The notes beneath the pieces were generated by a model. That model ran no database searches, had not been told where the DNA came from, and saw only the letters and a list, made by a program, of their open reading frames with translations. Shown in pieces: positions 23,953-38,297 of a stretch of 64,000 bases of DNA. The position numbers and the translations under genes are program-made. The stretch is from Lingula anatina (taxonomy: Eukaryota > Animalia > Brachiopoda), in NCBI GenBank assembly GCA_051362555.1, contig CM120641.1, positions 43,282,401-43,346,400 on the forward strand. The letters run 5' to 3'. Each line of letters starts with the position of its first letter. Position 1 is the stretch's first letter.

Positions 23953-26900
23953 TTCTTTTCACTTTGCCTGAAATTAATATATAGAAATATCAGGGTATTG
24001 TTATAAACTATTCTGAAAACAAAATATATAGCCGTCTTATTGTTGTCGTTACTTTTTTTGACGATCGACTCTTCTCCTGGTGTAAGTAAATATATAAACA
24101 AATGCTTAAATGTATAAACGTAAATAGATGTTAATAATACATTACTTTAATTGATATGCCCTTGAATTCCCTTCGTGTAGTGCAGACAGCAACGGGACGT
24201 ATATATTATTAAATGAAAACTGCAAATGACCTTATGTCTGTCAGTGGAATAATAGTGCCATTTAAATTTTACAGAGCTTTCCTTCGCTGCCTATCTTTCT
24301 CCAAAGAATACACGGGGACTCGCGTGTGGAGGCACACACAGGGCTGATTAGCGATTCACGCCATGAGCTATCTCTCTCTGATGTGAATACCGATGACACG
24401 AAATGACAAGGAAGAGGACATATAATGATAAATGATGGCACTCCGGCTGACCTGGTACTAGATGTAGAGCAAGGGTACATTTCCTATCTTTACTGATAAA
24501 TATAACTCTCTATCGAAGAGTTGGGACGGGGGTGGGGGTGGGGGAAGGGGGGGGACGAAGACAGGCAGTGTGCATGGTAGTGATGTCACTAACTCATTTA
24601 TGCATTTTATGCTCATTTATACTCAATTTCCTTTTGTTCTTATGATTCCTTGAACAAAAGATCACCACACTGAGTATTCGTACCATGTAGACTGGTGGCT
24701 GTTGACGAATCTGTATTAGCAGTGTTTTTTAGGATATTAGCATCCTCAAATAATCTAAGCAGGGAATTAACATTCAAGCAAGCCATAAATGGGCGTTTTC
24801 ATCACCAGTATAAGAATTTTTGACTTGGCAATATAACATCAATGTTGCTGTATGCGAGCTCTAGGCGATTACATCGCTACCTGCGTGCGCACGAGTGTTA
24901 GAAAAAATATTATATGTAGACCACGTTGCCGTCACTTCAAGGATGTGCTAGTACAATTAAGACGAGGAAAAACAAATGTATAAATGGATGAATGAATGAA
25001 TTAAATAGATGTATCACTGGATGAATGGACAAATACATAGATTACTGGATGAATGAATAAATAGAAAGATGAATAATTTCCTTCCACAATATGCTAGCCT
25101 TGCAAGCCATCTCTTCTGCTGCATTTCAGCCTCATTACACACCAGAAATTGATGCATTTTGATATATTTCTTTTTCTTCCTCTAAATCCACTTACCGCTT
25201 ATATAAAGTCCTTGCAATATCCACTTGAAAAAGAAATACAACTTTTGAGCAAGACCGCAAAGTCGATTATTTCTTTGCTAAAAAGGATGTAACTTGTCCA
25301 AGGGTCTCCGCATGCAATCTACGGTAGTTAGAAAATGTGACTATTTTAAACACAAAAAATACCACAAATGCATCTTGTAACTTTGCTTAAGGAAACGAAC
25401 TGTAATGTCTACTCTTCTTCAAATAAATAGGCTGCCCAAAGGATAGCTGTCATACGCCTTGTCTACCATATGAAGGTATCATGTCAACTGACTTGTCAGC
25501 ATATGACATAGTTACTAATTATTTCTGGTGTGAATCGCCGGACGATTTTTTGAAGTTACCTGTACCTGCCCAGGTAGCCCTGAGCTACAGGGCAGGGGAA
25601 ATATTAGGCCAGGCTATCGGCCATCTTATCTTGATAAATCGACACATAATTCACAGATAATGCAACGATTAAGAAATGTTTCATTGTGATGGCGTATCTA
25701 CTTTGACACAGTAGATAAAAGCGACCGTTACATGCAAAATAAATCAATATTATTTCTAACTCACCCTTTCAGACGATATGCAGTGCTTTGCTGAGGATTC
25801 GTATGAATCACAAAAAAGGAAATTGTTATAATTAGTCACCGTAATGCGAAACGTGAGGTAATATTCCGGGCATATTATATTCATAGATACGTGTTACCAT
25901 ATATATGACAAATATATGGTATTACCGAAAGCCACTGTAGTTATACGGGCAGATAGCTAGTATAGACCAGCGTGACCTAGCTAACCACACACATCATGAA
26001 GGTGACTGCATTATTTTCATTTTATTACAAAATCAAAAAGCACTTCTGTCGAAGCGGTCGTTAAATGTCATCCGAATCGGCTGGGGGCGGACCCAGCGCG
26101 ATGTATCTACCTTTTTTGCAGCTTATCGCTCCCACAATCCCACGACCCAATTTAAACTTGAAATTTCAGTGGCAATAATCTACCCATTAAATGTATAATT
26201 TATAGCGTAGACACAGAGTTAAAATTTCATAGTTCGCCGTTATTGTCACACCTAATATTCAATAACAACCTCACCTGTTTCTTGTTTGTGCGGGCCCCGC
26301 TTGTTGCTTGATCTATTCGCCTGTTAGGTTCGGAAGTTGTCGCAAAATAATATTCTTTTAAATCCTAGATTTGTCACTGTGTCAACCGCAAATATGTAAT
26401 GGTCGCAACGAAACCAGTGAAATGTAAAATGCCCTTATGAGTCGCTAGCTATCTCTCACTGCCAGCACTTCTATATACTACTGCTCCTGCATACCTCTTC
26501 GCGCGATACAAGCTACACTGGGTGACAAAAACTCATGAAGATAATAATATATTGAGCTCACCAGCTCGTGATGGTACCGACCTTTTGGAAAACGATGCGA
26601 CTCGAGCTGTAAAGCCTATAAAATATGTTTTCCAAATCATAATAGGCAAGTGGTTCTAATGCATTCACATGATTTGCTAGACTGTATCAAAGAAACAACC
26701 CATGTGGGCAGTTTATTTATTAATTCATTTCAGCTGTGATACGTCACGAATGAATGAAGTTTGGTTATTTTGTATTTATATATCTAACCTATGGCACAGA
26801 AAAGTTCAGTTGCTCCTACGAGCAGCATATATCCCCAGCACACATTTCCAACAATCAGCCGTCGCGATCGTTATACATAAAACGATATGAACTTCAACCA

Positions 26901-28090
26901 TTTTCTGAACCCTCTGTACTGTCGACCTTGTTCGTACAAACATGTCAACATCGCAATGAATGATTAATGCAAAGTACAATATAATAGTACTAGTCTACCT
27001 ATGTTCATATACAGCCCACCGTGTCCCAACAATAGAGAAATTATTTTCCAATACTTTGCAATGGATACGTTTACCCATCACAGAATAGAGCATTGAAAGT
27101 CACGATTGATGGAAGAATTTGACCAACAAAGTGCGCGCAGGCATACTGTGTTCAGTTAAAACAGAGACGGAAAGTAACACTGAGTTCCCTTGGTTGTCGC
27201 GTGTTTGGCTCGTAAGTCACGTTGATGCCGTTCTTGTACGTTATAAACATCACATGACCAGCACCTGTACTGAGTTTTTGTTGTGATACGGTGACTGTAT
27301 AGCTTGAAATTACTTTTATTTAACATTTTAGCCTGCGGTATTTATATGGATTTAATTTGTTTCTGCATCATATTCAACATATGACGACGTCACTATGCTT
27401 AATACGACACTCAGGTAGGCCAGCTATGATTGGCTTTTAAGTCAGAGTAAAGTGTTTTTTTTTTACCTTTAGTTCAAGTCATAGGTTGACGGATCTTTTT
27501 ATAAAAAGTCAAGATTTTGGATGTCAATTTTGATTTTGTGAAGGAGTACGGTTTAAATGCAATGTGTTTTCTTCATTCGCTGAGTATTGTCTTACCTAAA
27601 TCAAGGCATTGCGATGTACATGTATTGTATGTTAATGTTCGGTATGCACGGTCGGCCTTTCACACCGGGTCTCAGTCGACTCAGTGAAGCCTCAATGAAA
27701 AAGAGCCATGTCTCTCTCAAAAAAAAAAGTCATAACTCTCCGCATGTGACTATGGCGTACGATTTAAGTTTTAAAGATTCAACTCACCGTTACAATGATC
27801 GTAGTTGCATTATAGCATTACTGCCGTAAAAGAAATGTTGTGCACGGTGTCAACCTGAGCAAAACTCTCTCTATACAGTATATATATATAGATGCACATG
27901 CTGGAGGGAAACACAGGGCGCACACATTTTTTCTTGACGTTTATGGCATTTTTTCAACGTCATACTTTAAATTTGTTGTGAAGAACGTTGCGCTTTTTAA
28001 TCAACTGATGCCAATTGAGCAGTACTTTGCATTATTTTTTTAAAGCCTCATAAATATGGGAATCGCCTTGTCACAGTCGGCTATCATATA

Positions 28091-28314
28091 TAGGGGAGAT
28101 GGAGGCTAGTTGGGTCCCATCAATTTATGACAAAGTAACTATGGGGTAAAATAATTAATCACATCATTTTGTAAAGTGACTGTATCCAATAGTGCTAAGA
28201 AAGCGTCGACAGGGAGTCCAAATAAAATAATTTAGCATCTTGAAGTAACTTTATTAAAGAAACTTGATGGGGGGTCAACTTACCCCGGGGTCCAACTAGC
28301 CCCGGTCTCCCCTA
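28091..28314. mobile_element. MITE with TA target-site duplication (Tc1/mariner/pogo-type)
   Basis: TA-ggggagatggaggctagttgg ... ccaactagccccggtctcccc-TA: imperfect TIRs flanked by TA. Confidence 0.75.
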
Positions 28315-31300
28315 TAACTAAAAAGGGGTTGTCTTTTACTGGTGCTGATGACAAAATCTTGTTGTGTCATTATGAAAATTACGGACGAGCGCAACTTCCT
28401 TCATTTCTTATTACGTAAAGGATATTTAGATGGAATGAAGTCGATTTCCTCGAACTGTGGTTACGAAAAAACATTTCGCTAAGCAGATATCATTGTATTA
28501 ATGCCTCTCCTAACCATTTCTCAACAGACAGTACCGCTTGGTGCTTACACAACAGGCTTATCTTCGAATGAAATTAGCACTTTTTGTGAGGAATGAGTAA
28601 AATCCCGTTTCCGAAGGAGATGGCTAGAGCTTACACATTGTTCTGGTATCATAACTTGCCAATAAAAAAAACTCGACATTTACCTTGATGGCAATTGCAT
28701 TGAGAGGGGCAAGTACGTAATTAGATTTGCTGCCTTTGGTGAGCTAATCGTAACAGGACGACCTACTTTAAGGTGTGTTTGGACCGAGATAGGTCGGCCC
28801 AGCTTGTTCAGAATCAGGTATTAAATCTCTGGAATGAGCGTTCCCTCAGTGCCCCACTGCTGTCTGTCAGCAAAAGGTAATATTAATAATTCTCCAGCAC
28901 ATCTTTCACTGACTTTCAGCTTAACTTATTTTTATCAACTAGCTCGCAGGGAATATAATGCCGACGATGTGAATGACGGAATTGTACATAATCAAAAATA
29001 GAGAAAACGGTGCATGCACCCCATACACACCAGCTGGAGAGAAAGAAGGGGGGCGACACCCTTCCAGCGGAAAGATCACGACGTTTGGTCCAAATTTTCT
29101 TCAGTCATTTAATCATTACAAGCCAATAGGAAGCGGGTGGTGCAAAAAAAAAAAAAAAAACGTACGTCATTTTTGCCGGACAAGGTCCTCTCTGAATCAA
29201 AAATTAATCAAGTTTCTATGTTGTTTCTCAAGTGTGGCCAACTAAGAGAGTAAAGAGTCCATTTTTCAGAAAAAGACCCCGTTGAAATTGCTGGCTACAG
29301 GCCAGCGTAATGGCGCAACTTAGGTCTTTGTTTCATAGGCTTCCTAATTGAGCTGCGTCCTGTGTCTTATCCACATTCGTATGTTCGGACATTTCAGGTA
29401 TTTCTTTAATAAAACTATTAAGATAAAAGAGGGGATTGTTGCTGTGAAAAACGATGCTTCTCAACTAACACATTGCACACCTTGTCAGCACCAGCAGCAA
29501 TAACTTGCCTGCTGCGATTTCGGTGATCATTCTGGAGAAAAAGGCCTTCAGTCGTATATAAAAATTTTCAGTTAGACGATTGCATTTTTTATGAGCAAGT
29601 TTTGTCAGGCAAACCTCACTGACTTGATTCCTTAATCGACTTTGTAGATTAGTTGACCTGAATAGCCTCGGTCCATAGCCTATCATCACTTCGACCTTGT
29701 TTTGATAAACAAGCTGTTCATTATCAGAGCACAGCGAAGTTTTATATCGAAATCGCAAACAATCAACCTGGGTTTCATACATCACTGAAAACACATATCT
29801 TCTATCAGCAGCAGAGGCATCCTGATAAAAGAGGGGAGTTTTCAATGGTCTCTGAAACTCAGGGTGGAAACAGTAGACGGTTGATACAGCTCTTGGTGAC
29901 AAATTGGACAAAAGAAATGTTTATCCTACTTCAGGTTATAGTACAGATAATTTTAATAAGACCCAGTGTATTAACTTCATTAAAATGTTCAAGGGCTGTT
30001 GATACTTTAATCAAATGAGTGTACTGAAAGCCGAATATCCATATTAAAAATATAGTGTTAAGTACAGATTTACATCCTAATAAAAACCCGTTAAGCCTCA
30101 AATGATGCATGCAACTTTGGTGTTGAGCGCTTTACCAATGAAACATCTTTAATTTTTAGAGTTTACTCCGATTTTTGTGATTGTAAAGTAAAACAACTCA
30201 ATAATTATATTTTTAACCCATCATAGCGGAAAACGATATTTCTGTGACTGTTGACAGTCATTTGGGGTTTATCAAACATTACCAATACACACTCAACAAT
30301 AAAAGGGGTCCTTATGAACAAATTTTTTATTGAAAACTCGGGCTAAAACAGTGGTTTGGACCCAGGTTAGGTGGTTTATTTGTGAGGGTTTATATTTAAA
30401 TGGGTATTGGTGGTCATCTTGGGTATTTCAAGTTACTCGAGGTTCTCAATGTCGTAATCAAGCTAATTTTTCCTGGGCCCAAAAATCAATCAAGAAAAAA
30501 AGACGTCATAGGACACACAAGAAGAATGTCATTAGTATAACTCGCCAACAGTAATTTTCCATTCGAATATGACTATTGCCATTCTAAATGTCAAGCGGTC
30601 TTATTAAGAGCCCATGTTCAACAACGGAATTCAATGTTAAAACCACAGGAAATAAACAACATATCACCACATAAACATTTTGCAACAAGAAAAATACATA
30701 AAAATTATTTATTCATGCTGCTAGCTTGATATGTATATCAGAGATGAGCAAATCATTTGCAAGATTTCAAGTGTCATTTGATGCTGTCTATTCTAGCATC
30801 ACGTTTTACTGTGAGATGAAATCATGTTTTCTTCGGATCTCAAACGCTGTACTGGTAAGTCCAAAATTAAGTGGATGGAGATTGACAAGATAGACATGCC
30901 ATATTAACTTTTATTGTCAACATAAATATATCATCAATAAGGAGACGGTCTCCCATCCATGCCCACAAAAACGGCATAAACAAGACCACAGGTACATTAA
31001 GAAAACATTTACTTGATAAAATCGTAAACTTCTCACTGATCACTGATATCCACAACTGTATGTTCGACTTCGGGTCTAAGCAAGTTTTGTACGTGACTAG
31101 GGTAGGGCTTGAATCTCATTTATTCTAGGTATTTGGTGGTTTTCAAGTAAAGTGACTCATGGGCTTAATCTTATAAAATGACGTAGATTGAGTATTTCCT
31201 CATATTCTGGAATGTTTCGATGATATTGATTTTTTTTTCACAGCACACCATTTTTCTACCATGATAGGAGATTCTATTTTTCATTTTCCTGGTTAAACAT

Positions 31301-33067
31301 AAACCCATTCTGAGCGAAAACATTTATCCATCAGTCAATTACAATGGCTCTGCTGTGACGATCTAATACCTTAAGCACTTCGTTGAATATTTTAATCTTA
31401 AAAGTAGCCGAGAGTGGCGCTAGTCAACAGTCTCTGTTGTTGTTCAACTTCAAGTTGATGCTGCTGCTGTAAATTATGTTTTATTTCTTCCTGTAGTTCA
31501 AAGGAGCATTTACCCATAGGTTGACCCCCCTCCTCGAGGGTGGGGAAGAGGTGTTATTCCAACTTTCCAAAAAAAAAAAAAAAAAAAAAAGCTATGAACA
31601 AACCCTTTATCCCTTCCCAAAAGAGTAGAAAAACACTCTAATATCCACAAAGGTGCTGTCGAATTCCCCAAATTGCTTCTTTTATATTTTTTTCAAAAAC
31701 ATAATTTGCAGGGGTGGGGCAATTACATGTCTATACTTGAATCCCGTGGCCCATTTTCTCTTTGTGTAAAACCTACGTATATCCTATGGGTATTAATATG
31801 CTTATTCGGCGTATATTATATTATATAAGAGACTGACCTTGACACTCAGAGAAGACAGGGAAGTTTCAAAGCACAAGACAAGAAAAGTTTTGTTTTTGGT
31901 ACTCTTTTAAGTTTTGATGTTCCGGTAAAAAGGGCCTGGGGCTTCTAAAACAAAACATTTTTTCCAAATGTTAGTCTTTACTTTTGGCTCAAATATTTCG
32001 CTTACTTCGACCCAAGATAAATCAGTAGCATTCCAATTGGAATATTGCACCTGTTTTATGACAAGAAAGAAATGGCTACAATATAGACCAACAGTTACTC
32101 GATTCTAGACGAATAGTTTCACTCATATCCAAAATAAAAGTAGACCCAATTTTAATGTATAAGTTTTAAGATACCAACCTTCAGTTTAAACTTATTCTGT
32201 GACAGAGACCCCACAGTGATGGCCGATAAATTAGAGATGAAAATGAGGAGCAGCAACGCGATTCTGCAATTCATGACGTCCAGCTGCTGGTGGTCACTGC
32301 GTTCTTTACATTGAATAATGTGTTGTTTTTACTTCCAAGGACTTTTTAAGTCTGTCAAATTTAAGTTCCATACCCCGACATAAACAAATACATGTATCTC
32401 CCTGTCGTAAGGCACATGACATATCTGTATGTCATTTTCAGTTCATATTAATGGGAGATGGGGTGGTAAAAACAGTTTACCTTTATACAGGAATGATAAT
32501 GCATTTGGTAGACTCTTTTTTTCCTTTTAACCAACCACTTAGAAATGTAGAGCCCAGATCATACCACTTCTTTACCAAGTCCTTACGTTTGTCTACACCT
32601 CGTTATCATTTCGCTGGATTTCACCGGATACCAATGTCATTTGGGCCTGAGCTTTTATGTTGTAAAATTCTATGAATATTTGATATGATTATCTATGGTT
32701 ATCACTTGCAAGCATTGTTTTCACCCCGAGTGAACTTGATAGTTATACGCAGCGGGAGCACTGCGTTAATATTAAACATTATGCGCTACTTAATGATAAG
32801 GTCCCGTGTAGGACAGCTTTACATTTAAATATATTGTAAATCTACATCGGGATAAAGCCAGATATGTGTGACAATATCTAATTAGTGATCATTCTTTGTC
32901 TTAAGAAATGAAAAGCGCAATTTTCGAAAAGAAAAACAAATGCCAGTTGCAAGACAAACGACAATGAAAAGAATGTTGAATGCATATAAATATTTTTGAC
33001 AAAGGCGCTGAAAAAATTTTCCAGCTGTGTTTGTGACAAGACTGAATTCACTCTCACTATCAGTAAT

Positions 33068-33070
<3 letters not shown>

Positions 33071-33142
<72 letters not shown>
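33071..33142. repeat. (AT)n microsatellite
   Basis: About 35 perfect AT units. Confidence 0.98.
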
Positions 33143-33145
<3 letters not shown>

Positions 33146-33857
33146 CAAAGATAATCCGTCTAATTATCAATTTCTTACATACATATCATCCTACTGTCAC
33201 TCCAACTAGTAATGAATATTTTCGGATGAATGACCAAAACATTAACATCTAAGAGTTTGTTTGAAATATTATCAATGTGCATGAACTGTGAGATGTTTAA
33301 AAATTAATATGATTATGATGCTTTATTAAATACGTCTAACTCTACGATGTAATTTTCGATCAAAGACGTGAATTCATCGCGACTATCGATTTTGCACACA
33401 TTCACATACATACATGTGCGCACACACACAAACACACACACTATTACATTCATGCAAACGGTACTTTCAAAATAAAAAATGAGGTCCTCTTCAGCGTTAT
33501 ATAACGATAGTCTCGATAAAACTTCACCTGCAATACTAATGTACAGAACCTTGTCAAAAAAGTGGTATTAAATTAACCAAATTGAGTGGGTTATTTTGTG
33601 TCTGTTTAACAGTTTAAACCACACACTCAGGGTACTATAATGTACCCTGAAAGATATGATGTATGATTGTCAGTACACTTGATGGAGTTAAAAGAAAAAA
33701 ATAAAATCAATAGAAATTTATGACCAAAAACGAGATGAACAGGGAAGAGTAATGACACATGTCATTAAAGTAAATAAAGATACTCAAGTAAGATAAAGTA
33801 AGTCTTAATTGAATTCCACTGTCACCCGTAGGCCATCGCAACTATGTGTCTATATCT

Positions 33858-35096
33858 TCAGGTAGAATGTCTCGTTGTCAGAGATAAAAGATGTGGACTG
33901 CGTTCCGCTTCCCGCCTCACCACCCCGTTCCACATATTATAAAAATGATTTAAACCGTGTAAGTGAGCAAATACCAGCAATTCTCTCTTTCGTCCCTCTG
34001 TGAAGGCCTCCACAGCTCCCGCTTTAAAGTGGTAGACACTATTAAACGACTGGTGTTTTAAGTCGAGCCTGTGGGCAAGAAGGCCAGTCACATAAAAATC
34101 GTCCACCCAAAAGAACGGTGTCGAAAGCGAAACCTGGAACATCCCCTTTACTACGTCACCGGACATGATATAGGCCGATCCCGAGCAGTACATAGGGAAA
34201 AAGTCATCTTTAAATTCTTCCTCGGCTATGTACCACTTGCTTTTCTTATCTCTTAACACCCTCATCTTGTGCCATACATTGCACAGTAAAACTTTCTCTG
34301 TGACTTTGTGTTTTTCAAAACTTTTAAGATGTCTTACAAGATTAAAAACATTTACAAAAATATCGTCATCAGACTTGAGCGCGTATTTGGCACCGCTACA
34401 GTAAGAAGAAACCCACTTCATCCCGGCGATCGCTTTGTAAGTTAAATTTTTGTAGGAGTCTACAAAGTTTTCTTGGACAATGTCGCCATAACGCTCGCTT
34501 TCCATATGTAGCGAATCTTGCAGAGTTTTAGAGGAAGCTTTCCCCATTATGAATATAATTTTAACGCTGCCATCTGGGTGATTTCGTGGATTACCCCATG
34601 TCTGTCGTATCATGAGTCTTTGTTTAAAGTGATCCGGCGAGGTATGAATCCAAACTATCACAAACGGGCTTTGAGACGAGCATAAATTTTTGTTTACTAT
34701 GATATATTCAAAGTCGTGGTTATTGCTATTATTGTAGCGTTCAGTGCGACTGAATTCTTTCTTGAAAGCCACCAAATCCTTCATGGAGAGAGATCCGTAA
34801 AAGTTTTGAAAAGTTTCCATGTGACGATGTTTTGCATTGGAATCTGGAGTTGGCTGAAATGAGCGTGAAGATGTAGGCGGGATTAATATTACTTGTCGAT
34901 GGTCCGCTTGGTCGGAAGTATTGTGTGTAAGTGATTTTAACTGGGAAATTCCATTTGACTGTTCATTTTGCATAAGATGTCGCATTCTGTATTCCAGGTC
35001 AGAGGAATTTTTGGAAGATATCCACATGGAAAGTGACGTAAAAACTACACCGCAAACAATCACAACCCGTAGTACTGCGGTGCGCCTGGGAAACAT
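33858..35096 (-). CDS. Beta-1,3-galactosyltransferase (GT31, B3GALT1/5-like), type II membrane protein, single coding exon
   Basis: 412-aa ORF with N-terminal TM anchor and GT31 motifs RLMIRQTWG, ESERYGDIVQENFVDSYKNLTYK, KSDDDIFVN (DxD), YCSGSAY and VDDFYVTG. Confidence 0.95.
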   Translation of the reverse strand: MFPRRTAVLRVVIVCGVVFTSLSMWISSKNSSDLEYRMRHLMQNEQSNGISQLKSLTHNTSDQADHRQVILIPPTSSRSFQPTPDSNAKHRHMETFQNFYGSLSMKDLVAFKKEFSRTERYNNSNNHDFEYIIVNKNLCSSQSPFVIVWIHTSPDHFKQRLMIRQTWGNPRNHPDGSVKIIFIMGKASSKTLQDSLHMESERYGDIVQENFVDSYKNLTYKAIAGMKWVSSYCSGAKYALKSDDDIFVNVFNLVRHLKSFEKHKVTEKVLLCNVWHKMRVLRDKKSKWYIAEEEFKDDFFPMYCSGSAYIMSGDVVKGMFQVSLSTPFFWVDDFYVTGLLAHRLDLKHQSFNSVYHFKAGAVEAFTEGRKRELLVFAHLHGLNHFYNMWNGVVRREAERSPHLLSLTTRHST

Positions 35097-36417
35097 TATC
35101 TCTGTAGAAACAACACTGGTATCTGATCACTGAAATTGTCCTTTGCTATAAACTTGGTTGGGACTCCATGACTGGGATGGTCCACCACAACACGAAGACT
35201 CAAAGATGGCCGCTCCCCGTGTCTCTACGAAAAACAAAAGACAGACAGTATTATATAGTGTAGTATACAGATAAAAAGTCACATGTATGTCGGTCTGAGT
35301 CACTCATCCTTTCTGATTCACTCCAACACGCAATGCTGGCCTTCAAAACTATACCCTGTATTTCGTTATGAATTAGATCAAATACCTATCTGTTGTGTGG
35401 TATCACATACCAAATGTGTTCTAAAACAAAATGACATTTCACACACCAACACTTATATAAATAAAAAGTAAACGAAAATCTCGCCTCAGAAGCGGGATGC
35501 GTTCTACATGCACTGTTGGCGTCTCGTTTAAACTTGTAGTAAAGATAAGAAAAGGATCTCCGTAATGATCTCTATAAACGCGAAGTGAGGACAGGCCAGT
35601 GAGTTTATGACATGTATGACAGAGTACGTCATAGTATAGGAAAGACGTTGACGACGCATATTTAAGAATGCACTTTGCTGCCCTCTCGTGCAAGGAACTA
35701 TCCCCTGGTTCACCTATATGGGCTCTCTGTCAAACGCCGGGAGTTAAAGATTAATTTGTATACAGAAAACACAGGCCTACATGTACGTAGAATAGCGTGT
35801 GCCTTAAAGGATTTGATACCTGTTAACTGACAATAACTGATGGGAGCAAGCGAGACAGTTTGACTTAGTTTAAAAATCGAACGGAAGAATTTATTAAGAG
35901 CAGATTGTTCAGTCGCTTGTGATTTATTGCCTATGAATGAAATATGGATCTTATTTGATATGAGGGATATTGTATCGCATAATGCTTTTTTCGTCAGCGT
36001 GTGATGTCAGATGACACGGAAATCAATTTCTAATAGCAAAAAATTAATTTTCTCAACAAATATACATTTATATTAGATTGTGTTGTTATAAGTCTTATTG
36101 TATGCATGCTGATGTACTAGGTATGACAAAAATAATTTATAGTCCCCTTGGAAATATTTTGCTTACTGGTAAGATGTATCCGACCTTTTGTAAACCGTTG
36201 AAAGAAATGTCTTTGCAGAGCTAATTTGTTTATTTTTGGCATAAGCTTATTGATTTTACAAATTCTCTCTCTCTCACTCTCGGAAGAAATGGACACATTT
36301 TAAACTGCCAAGTCAACAGTCATGTCACCTAGTTCATTATAGAAGACCGTCTTTTACTGCTAGTTTACATTTTCTCTTTCTTTGTTACTCATTGTGCACT
36401 CATATTCGACCAATGCA

Positions 36418-36462
36418 GGAGAGAGAGAGAGAGAGACTGCCATACCGCCAATTGGCAGAGGC

Positions 36463-36508
<46 letters not shown>

Positions 36509-36545
36509 GGAGGGAGGGAGGGAGAGACTGCCATATCGCCAATAG

Positions 36546-36611
<66 letters not shown>

Positions 36612-36676
36612 GGAGGGAGGGAGGGAGAGAGAGAGAGAGGGAGGGAGGGAGGGAGAGACTGCCATATCGCCAATAG

Positions 36677-36729
<53 letters not shown>

Positions 36730-36730
36730 T
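36418..36730. repeat. Higher-order compound microsatellite: 3 x [hairpin spacer + (GT)n + (GA)n + (GGGA)n]
   Basis: Spacer actgccata(c/t)cgccaat(t/a)ggcag recurs at ~36436, ~36527 and ~36658 between dinucleotide tracts. Confidence 0.95.
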
Positions 36731-38132
36731 TGTACATTATGTCTACAAGCACTGCAGTCCCAACGCACGAAAGTGAAAAAAAAAGACTACGACACCGTTG
36801 GTCTCCCGGAAATAACACCAAGATGACTTAACCTGCCTCGTTTGTATTGATTGGCTAATCAAAAGAGTCACTCAATTAACACCTGAATTAAGCACATCTA
36901 CCACATACATATAGGTCTGTAATTTCATACCTGGAAGCCTTGTCTTGATATGTGTCTGTGCCGTTGTGCTGGATTCTGTCCTATGGTGTTTTATATTGAC
37001 TACACGAAACTGTCTCGTGTTCACCTTCCATCAAGCAGTTTTCACCGTCAACAGCCTATAGCCTACCTTGACCCAAATTGTTGACCAAAGGTTGAAGATA
37101 CCTTATCTCAGACCAATCCCGTAGAAGGTCTAAATTAAACCCAGATTGCAGAAGTTGCAATCAATCGATAATTTTGTCGTGTAAAACTAGATGGATCGAT
37201 GTTTGCTTGTTGTCATCCAAGACTCAAATTTGTTGCTATGTAAACGCTCCTAGCTGGAAACAAATAGAAGTTCCAATTCCAAGAAGCTCCCGAGAGAAGA
37301 CGTAGAGACGCGAATCACGCACACAAACGATTGGTTTCTAGACTGGCATCAATTTTAGATTTGTTCGATAAATAACAATTAAGCATGCATTTGTTTTTTT
37401 TTTTTTGTTGCTGTTTTTTTTTTTACAACATGACAGTGCTGATAAGGGCATACTGGGATCTTCATGGTCTTCAGGCAAAGTCATGCTTTTTGAATTCAAA
37501 TTAGTTCAATATTGGCACAGAGGTTTTTAAGTTGGCATGATATTTTTACAGTTGCCAAATCCCATACATAGCGTATATCCATAGCGTACATGAGGAGCAC
37601 TTGCACTCCAATTAATTTTCTTAAGGCCGTCGTGTATTCTTGAATTTTATCTGGAGCGGATATTTAAATTAACTGCCTAATAATCGTGACCAGTCGCAAT
37701 TTAAAGTCTCATTTGTACGATATCTGTTAGAAAGGTCTCTTTATATATTAGCAGTCTGAAGGGTCTGCTAATCATCGTATTCGTTTTGAGCCAAAAGAAT
37801 CTAAGGTTACATTTATTTTCGATATTTCAGTCGTAAGATTCTATAATGAGCTAAAACCTGTTTGAAATTATTTTTTCCAGATCTGACCAGTGACAAAGGG
37901 TGCTTACCCATAAACACCGCGGACAGACGCAACTCTCCGGGGATTCTCAGCTTTACAGATGAGTACGCCTCCTGGTGTTAAGTGGAATACAGAAAAGTTG
38001 GTGATTATACGAGTACGTTGGAAACGAAAGGAAGCGTGTCATTCAATTAAGCTGATTGCACTAAGCGAGTCCCCGCAGAGTTGGGTTGATTCGCGTAGAC
38101 CGATGATGTCTATGGGAACGGGGTCTAAGACC

Positions 38133-38297
38133 GGGTTCCCACCGATTTAGATCGATCCATCTGGATCGACCTAACTCCCTGGTGGTTCACGCTAAATTGC
38201 TGTCAGCTTCCGGGAGCCGAACGCGCACAAAAGGTAATTGCACCCTTACAGCTTTTAGTAGGGGGATAGATCGATCTAAATATCTGTGGGAATGGTC
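38133..38297. mobile_element. MITE-like element, same family as 61628-61832
   Basis: Inverted ends ttcccaccgatttagatcgatc ... gatcgatctaaatatctgtgggaa. Internal gatcgacctaactccctgg..cacgctaaat is shared with the second copy. Confidence 0.7.

Noticed and set aside
29465-29911. 148-aa minus-strand ORF
   Set aside because: Non-ATG start, no recognisable motif and no convincing splice context; probably chance.
32882-33148. ORF with YIYIYI tract
   Set aside because: Translation of the (AT)n microsatellite.
36436-36682. Regularly spaced palindromic repeat reminiscent of CRISPR
   Set aside because: Eukaryotic context, spacers are microsatellites, and there are no cas genes.
36360-36821. Overlapping ORFs with HTHT/SLSL/CVCV/ERER tracts
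   Set aside because: Translations of the compound microsatellite.
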